From: an uncultured Ruminococcus sp.
GTDB lineage: Bacteria; Bacillota; Clostridia; Oscillospirales; Ruminococcaceae
DNA length: 64,000 nucleotides
Direction: 5' to 3'
Assembly: GCA_902786965.1 (NCBI GenBank)
Contig: CADAEJ010000006.1
Span: 25,805 to 89,804 of the forward strand
Below the pieces are notes generated by a model. That model ran no database searches. It was not told the DNA's origin and was given only the letters and a program-made list of their open reading frames with translations. Positions 58,996 through 64,000 of this stretch are shown piece by piece. Positions within the stretch are counted from its first letter, which is position 1. The number at the start of each line of letters is the position of its first letter. The position numbers and the translations under genes were made by a program.

Positions 58996-59904
58996 TTAAA
59001 CTTTCAAATGCTTACCCGTGCTTATTGAGGTACCGATCGCACCGATGAATGCGCCCGCAACAAGATAAGAGATAGTAACAGGCAGGAACATCGAATCGAA
59101 CGAGTAGATGTTGTTAAGACCGAACACACCAAACAGCTTGTAGTCGCTGGTCAGGATGTTGTAAACGCCTTCATAAGCAAACTTGGTGATAAGCAGCGCA
59201 CAGCCCGATGCAAGAAGTCCGACTACCATACCCTCGATAAAGAAAGGTATCCTGATAAAGCTGTTTGTCGCACCAACATATTTCATTATGTTGATCTCCT
59301 TGCGTCTTGCGAAAACGCTTGCTCTTGTAGTATTTGAAATGATGATAAGCGAAACAAGCACCAGAGCAACAACGATAGCGATAGCAACGATGAAGAAGAT
59401 CCTTCTGAAGCTGATAAGAATATCTGCAAATTCAGTAGGGGACTGTACCGATTCAACACCCTCAAACATAGATATCTGTGCAGTAGTGTCGTTCATCTTC
59501 TGAATGTCCTTGACATTCAGCCTGAAAACATCGGGCAGCGGGTTGTCGTCAACATACTTGAGGAAATAATCCTTCTGTGCCTCTGACATCTTTTCCATCA
59601 TGCTCTCCAAAGCCTTGTCACGACCGTATAAACGCAGCTCGCTGACATTAGGTATGTCCTCTATCTTCTGCTGCAATTCATCCATCGCCTGCTTGGATAC
59701 ATTGTCCTTTATAACTACCATGACTTCGCTTTTTTCCTCGATGTTGCCGATAACTTTATCAAGGTTTATCGAAACGAGTATAGCAAAGCCTACCATAATA
59801 AGTGAAACGAGAAGAATACAAAACGATGCAAAAGTCATCATCTTGTTGCGCCAGATTCCTTTGAAGCCCTGACGTATCAGGTAATTAAAACTGCTAATTT
59901 TCAT
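58996..59904 (-). CDS. ftsX: cell division permease FtsX
   Basis: Four-TM FtsX topology with a large first extracellular loop. Overlaps ftsE. Confidence 0.85.
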   Translation of the reverse strand: MKISSFNYLIRQGFKGIWRNKMMTFASFCILLVSLIMVGFAILVSINLDKVIGNIEEKSEVMVVIKDNVSKQAMDELQQKIEDIPNVSELRLYGRDKALESMMEKMSEAQKDYFLKYVDDNPLPDVFRLNVKDIQKMNDTTAQISMFEGVESVQSPTEFADILISFRRIFFIVAIAIVVALVLVSLIIISNTTRASVFARRKEINIMKYVGATNSFIRIPFFIEGMVVGLLASGCALLITKFAYEGVYNILTSDYKLFGVFGLNNIYSFDSMFLPVTISYLVAGAFIGAIGTSISTGKHLKV

Positions 59905-60577
59905 TGGAACCTCCTATAACCTCGTCGAACTGGATATTTCCCTTATTGATATTGATGATGCGTCCTCCGAAGTAACGAACGAGGTCATGCTCGTGTGTTA
60001 CCATAAGTATAGTAGTTCCGCATTCATTGATACCTTTGAGAAGCTCAACGATCTCATAAGAAAGCTCCGGGTCAATATTACCTGTCGGCTCGTCCGCGAT
60101 AATAAGCTGCGGGTCGTTTACCAGCGCCCTTGCCAGAGCAACACGCTGCTGCTCACCGCCTGAAAGCTCGGTAGGGTAGCTTTTAGCCTTTTTGGATAGC
60201 CCGACCAGACTGATAACGTAAGGAACTCTGCTTCTGATGTACTTTGCAGGTGCATCGATAACACGCAGTACAAAAGCGATATTCTCATACACCGTCATAG
60301 TCGGTATAAGTCTGAAGTCCTGGAACACAACGCCGATAGTGCGGCGCAGCGCAGGCACCTTTCTTCTTTTTAGTTTTCTCAGGTTGAAACCGTTTACCAG
60401 AACCGTGCCTGTCGTGGCATCTATCTCTTTTAGTATCAGTTTGATAAGCGTTGATTTTCCGGCACCCGAGGGACCGACAACGAAAGCGAAATCGCCGTCG
60501 CTGATTTTAAGATTGACCTTGTTTAATGCGTCCACACCACTTGAATATGTAACGGACACATCTTTGAACTCTACCAA
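59894..60577 (-). CDS. ftsE: cell division ATP-binding protein FtsE
   Basis: GPSGAGKST, LSGGEQQR, IIADEPTGNID. Confidence 0.9.
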   Translation of the reverse strand: MVEFKDVSVTYSSGVDALNKVNLKISDGDFAFVVGPSGAGKSTLIKLILKEIDATTGTVLVNGFNLRKLKRRKVPALRRTIGVVFQDFRLIPTMTVYENIAFVLRVIDAPAKYIRSRVPYVISLVGLSKKAKSYPTELSGGEQQRVALARALVNDPQLIIADEPTGNIDPELSYEIVELLKGINECGTTILMVTHEHDLVRYFGGRIININKGNIQFDEVIGGSNEN

Positions 60578-60622
60578 AATTTTACACCGCCTTATATTTA
60601 GGCCGAAGGGAAAATAGTCAGA

Positions 60623-61708
60623 TCAGAACTTGACCGGGTTAGCGGCAAGATACTTTTTGACCATAAGTGCTATCTTGAAGATGATAGCGTGGTCAAACTC
60701 TCTGAGGTCAAGTCCCGTCAGCTTTTTGATTTTTTCAAGTCTGTACACAAGAGTATTTCTGTGTACGAACAGCTTCCTTGATGTTTCCGAAACGTTCAGG
60801 TTGTTTTCAAAGAACTTCTGTATAGTGAACAGCGTCTCGTGGTCGAGAGATTCGATAGAGCCTTTCTTGAAAACTTCTCTGAGGAAAGTTTCGCAAAGCG
60901 TGGTAGGAAGGTGATAAATAAGTCTTGCAATACCGAGGTTGTCATAGGAAACGATATTTTTGTCTGTATCGAATACCTTTCCGACCTCAAGTGCGATCTG
61001 CGCCTCCTTGAAGCTCCTTGCGAGATCTCTGACGCCCTGTATAACAGTACCTATACCGACATTTACGCGGGTATAGAACTCACTTGAAAGGGTGTCTGAA
61101 ATTGATCTTGCAAGCTTTTCGAGGTCTTTAGACTCAACACCGCTGGTGACCTCTTTTACCAGAACAATATCAGACTCTGTAATGTTGAAAACAAAGTCCT
61201 TGTTCTTGTCAGGGAAGAGGTTCTGGATCACATCATAAGCAGGAACTTCGTTTGAAGAAACGATCCTTATCAAAAGAACAACGCGGGAATTATCACTGCT
61301 GAAGTGGAGCTCACGGGCTTTAACATGAACATCGCCCGGGAGAACATTGTCAAGAACAACATTCTTAATGAAATTGTTTCTGTCATACTTTTCATCGTAA
61401 TACTGTTTGATGCTTGAAAGGGTGATAGCGAGAATGCTTGCATACTTTGCAGCCACTTCGTCAGTACCCTCGACAAATACAGCATAGTCAGGCTTCATAT
61501 GAGCGCCGAAAGGCTTGTAAGTGTAGCCGTCACGTACAAAAACGTCGTGGGATTCGCCTAAGTCAAGAGATACGAACTCATTAGTCGTACCGATCTGAGC
61601 AAGCTCCGAACAAGCAATGATAGTTGCAGTTTCGTCGATAACACCGATCACACAATCAATAGTATCACGCATCTGGTGTACAACACTCTGAAATAATCTG
61701 TTTGACAT
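60623..61708 (-). CDS. PucR/CdaR-family transcriptional regulator
   Basis: C-terminal PucR HTH NVSETSRKLFVHRNTLVYRLEKIKKLTGLD. Confidence 0.75.
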   Translation of the reverse strand: MSNRLFQSVVHQMRDTIDCVIGVIDETATIIACSELAQIGTTNEFVSLDLGESHDVFVRDGYTYKPFGAHMKPDYAVFVEGTDEVAAKYASILAITLSSIKQYYDEKYDRNNFIKNVVLDNVLPGDVHVKARELHFSSDNSRVVLLIRIVSSNEVPAYDVIQNLFPDKNKDFVFNITESDIVLVKEVTSGVESKDLEKLARSISDTLSSEFYTRVNVGIGTVIQGVRDLARSFKEAQIALEVGKVFDTDKNIVSYDNLGIARLIYHLPTTLCETFLREVFKKGSIESLDHETLFTIQKFFENNLNVSETSRKLFVHRNTLVYRLEKIKKLTGLDLREFDHAIIFKIALMVKKYLAANPVKF

Positions 61709-62133
61709 AGTATTTCTCCTCTACTTGCATTAATAATATTGTTCGCATTGTTAATTTGCTGAATGTACCCGCAGCAAGCAGGCACACTTTTGTAACATAA
61801 CACTATTATAACAAAAACAAATCCATTTTGCAAGTGCTATATAGTAAAAATGTGCAAAAAAGTTTGTCATTTTAGACAAACGGCGAGCCGTTGCAATTAG
61901 ATATTACAAATTGTAACACATTTGACTGCTGTATGTGTTAATTTTCTGTTAAAGGCAAGCCTGTACAGCGAATTATGCGCTGTTTTGCGCCCTGTTTTCG
62001 ATATATTTCGTAACCGAATTGTAATTATTAAAATTTTTGTTAATTCTGCCGAAATCCCGCCTTGAAATATGTGCAAAGGTGTGCTATATTAGATGTAAGA
62101 GATCAGATAAAGAAAGCTTAAAGGAGAGATCGT

Positions 62134-62655
62134 ATGAATAAGCTTATAGAAACGGGCAAAATAGTTTCTGTGTTCGGTATAAAAGGCGAGGTCAAGGTGC
62201 AGCCGTGGTGTGATGATCCACAGCTTTTGTGCGAGCTTGAAACGCTTTACTACAAAAGCGGTACGCCTGTCGAGATCGAACACGCAAGGGTCGCAAAGAA
62301 TATAGTTGTAATGAAGATAAAAGGCGTAGATACCGCCAATGATGCCCAGAAGCTGCGCAACAGGGTCCTTTACCTTGACCGCGATGACGTTGAGCTTGAG
62401 GACGGTGCGTTTTTCGTTCAGGACCTTATCGGGCTGACCGTAAAGGATGCCGGCAGCGGGAAAGTCTACGGTGAGATAACGGATGTCTCGCAGACGGGCG
62501 CTAATGATGTATACCATATTAAAGCACCTGACGGCAAAATGTACTATATCCCCGCGATAAAGGACGTTGTAAAGCAGACAGATATCCAGGGCGGTGAAAT
62601 GCTTATAACACCGCTTGAAGGGCTGTTTGACGGCGCAGAGGAGATACGCGAATGA
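62134..62655 (+). CDS. rimM: 16S rRNA processing protein RimM
   Basis: GKIVSVFGIKGEVKV and a PRC barrel C-terminus. AAGGAG RBS. Confidence 0.88.
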   Translation: MNKLIETGKIVSVFGIKGEVKVQPWCDDPQLLCELETLYYKSGTPVEIEHARVAKNIVVMKIKGVDTANDAQKLRNRVLYLDRDDVELEDGAFFVQDLIGLTVKDAGSGKVYGEITDVSQTGANDVYHIKAPDGKMYYIPAIKDVVKQTDIQGGEMLITPLEGLFDGAEEIRE

Positions 62656-63377
62656 ATATAGATATAGCAACGCTTTTCCCCGAAATGCTTGAGAATTACC
62701 TTTCCCAGAGCGTCGTGGGCAGAGCGAGAGATAAGGGCGTTTTTACTGTAAAATGCCACAATATCCGTGATTATACCCTTGATAAGCACCGCAGGGTAGA
62801 CGATACCCCGTACAGCGAGCGTCAGGGTATGCTGATGCAGTGCGAGCCTGTATACAACTGCTTCAAAGCCGTTACCGAGGGCAGAAAGCCGCACGTCATA
62901 TATATGTCACCGCAGGGCAGAACGCTCACGCAGCAGCGCGCAAAGGAGCTTTCGCAGCTTGAAGATATCTTCATTCTCTGCGGTCACTACGAGGGCGTTG
63001 ACGAGCGTGTTATCGAGGAGATAGTTGACGAGGAGATATCCATCGGCGACTATGTGCTGACAGGCGGCGAGCTGCCTGCACTCGTGCTTGTGGACAGCGT
63101 TGTCAGAATGCTTGAGGGTACCCTCTCAAAAGCCGACTGCTACGAGGACGAGAGCCACTACAACGGGCTTTTGGAGTACCCGCAGTATACCAGACCCGAG
63201 ATATGGCACGATAAGCAGGTGCCCGAGGTGCTTTTGTCAGGGCATCACGCAAATATACAGAAATGGCGTCACGAGCAGGCGCTTTTGACCACAAAGAAAA
63301 AAAGACCCGAGCTGCTCGAAAAGCTTGAACTTACCCCTGATGATTTAGCAATTTTACACAAAATTGGCGAGGAATAA
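62652..63377 (+). CDS. trmD: tRNA (guanine37-N1)-methyltransferase
   Basis: IATLFPEM, CGHYEGVDERV, GGELPALVLVDSVVR. Confidence 0.93.
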   Translation: MNIDIATLFPEMLENYLSQSVVGRARDKGVFTVKCHNIRDYTLDKHRRVDDTPYSERQGMLMQCEPVYNCFKAVTEGRKPHVIYMSPQGRTLTQQRAKELSQLEDIFILCGHYEGVDERVIEEIVDEEISIGDYVLTGGELPALVLVDSVVRMLEGTLSKADCYEDESHYNGLLEYPQYTRPEIWHDKQVPEVLLSGHHANIQKWRHEQALLTTKKKRPELLEKLELTPDDLAILHKIGEE

Positions 63378-63557
63378 TTCATAAAAATCTAATCTCTTTG
63401 TTTAGAGTTGACAAAGATGTTAAGAACTTTTGTACTCTTCGCCATTTTGGAGCACGTTTTTAGTTCAAAATAAACAAAGCAAACAGCATTAGTTGACACA
63501 TTTTAGTTGATACATACAAAAATATCGCAAAAATATACTGTTTGTCTAATTTTTGCG

Positions 63558-63586
63558 TTGACGAAACAGATTTTTGAGAGTATAAT
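63558..63586 (+). promoter_or_regulatory. sigma-A-type promoter of the HPr gene
   Basis: TTGACG (63558-63563), 17 nt spacer, TATAAT (63581-63586). Confidence 0.6.
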
Positions 63587-63669
63587 ACTATATATCAGGT
63601 GAAAGGGATAAGTGAACCTGTAAATATTGTGTTTTTACCAAAAGATAATAATGAAATGGAGAGATTATT

Positions 63670-63942
63670 ATGTTCGTAAAAGACGTTGTTGTTCAGAATC
63701 AGGTAGGTCTTCATGCTCGTCCTGCAACATTCTTTATCCAGAAGGCTAACGAGTTCAAGTCATCTATCTGGATCGAGAAAGAGGAGAGAAGAGTAAATGC
63801 AAAGAGCCTTCTCGGTATCCTTTCTCTTGGAATCGTAGGCGGCACAACTATCAGGATCATCGCTGACGGCGCTGATGAAGAAGATGCTGTAAAGGGTCTG
63901 GTTGACCTGGTTGACAGCGGTTTTTCAGAGGATGCTCGCTAA
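63670..63942 (+). CDS. ptsH: HPr-family phosphocarrier protein
   Basis: His15 motif GLHARPA and Ser46 motif NAKSLLGILSLG. Confidence 0.88.
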   Translation: MFVKDVVVQNQVGLHARPATFFIQKANEFKSSIWIEKEERRVNAKSLLGILSLGIVGGTTIRIIADGADEEDAVKGLVDLVDSGFSEDAR

Positions 63943-63967
63943 TAGATCATCAAACATACGATAAAAC

Positions 63968-63999
63968 AAAGGGCTTGCATAGTGTAAGCCCTTTTTATT
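63968..63999 (+). terminator. intrinsic terminator after the HPr gene
   Basis: AAAGGGCTT / AAGCCCTTT stem followed by TTATTG, at the window edge. Confidence 0.65.
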
Positions 64000-64000
64000 G

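Noticed and set aside
61851-62020. Tiny Cys-containing ORFs in the PucR-rimM intergenic region (e.g. MCKKVCHFRQTASRCN from 61851; MRCFAPCFRYIS near 61975)
   Set aside because: They are 12-16 codons long and have no Shine-Dalgarno sequence. No adjacent modification or export genes are present. They cannot be distinguished from random ORFs.
1-64000. CRISPR arrays, rRNA, transposases/IS elements, prophage genes, and toxin-antitoxin or known defence operons
   Set aside because: The window has no regularly spaced direct repeats. No ORF carries transposase, integrase, Cas, restriction-enzyme, methylase or phage structural motifs. Every intergenic region over 150 bp was read, and each is explained by promoters, leaders or terminators or is reported as a finding.

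Overview
This is a 64-kb chromosomal segment from a Gram-positive, Clostridia-type genome. It looks Oscillospiraceae/Ruminococcus-like, judged only from protein sequences and Firmicute-style synteny, and about 50% GC by eye. I support about 60 protein genes, one tRNA-Leu(UAA), and several sigma-A-type promoters and intrinsic terminators. I saw no rRNA, CRISPR array, transposase, integrase or phage genes.

Most of the window is densely packed housekeeping:
- Cell wall: murD, murB, lgt, lepB, and ftsEX with an M23 peptidase.
- Carbon and cell-cycle regulation: hprK, rapZ, whiA and an HPr protein.
- Replication and repair: dnaE, recD2, comFC, rnhB, yraN.
- Translation and RNA: rpsO, pnp, rimM, trmD, ylqF.
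- Proteostasis: tig, clpP, clpX, pepF, two M42 and two M16 peptidases.
- One-carbon and amino-acid metabolism: folD, glyA, metA, thrC.

The only clearly accessory block is a glycan locus next to the tRNA-Leu gene (36.5-44.9 kb). It combines a sugar aminotransferase, a PglC-type initiating transferase, two GT4 glycosyltransferases and a complete WbpA/B/D/E-like module. A lone Wzx-like flippase lies 9 kb away on the other strand.

I did not find a convincing new multi-gene system such as a defence or toxin system. The best second-look items are:
- the incomplete, split glycan locus;
- an Lgt with a roughly 250-aa low-complexity C-terminal extension;
- an in-frame 27-bp tandem duplication over the presumed PLP-lysine motif of a YnbB-family enzyme;
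- several orphan small genes and unusually long intergenic regions.

All functional calls come from motif and sequence recognition by eye. No database search was run.
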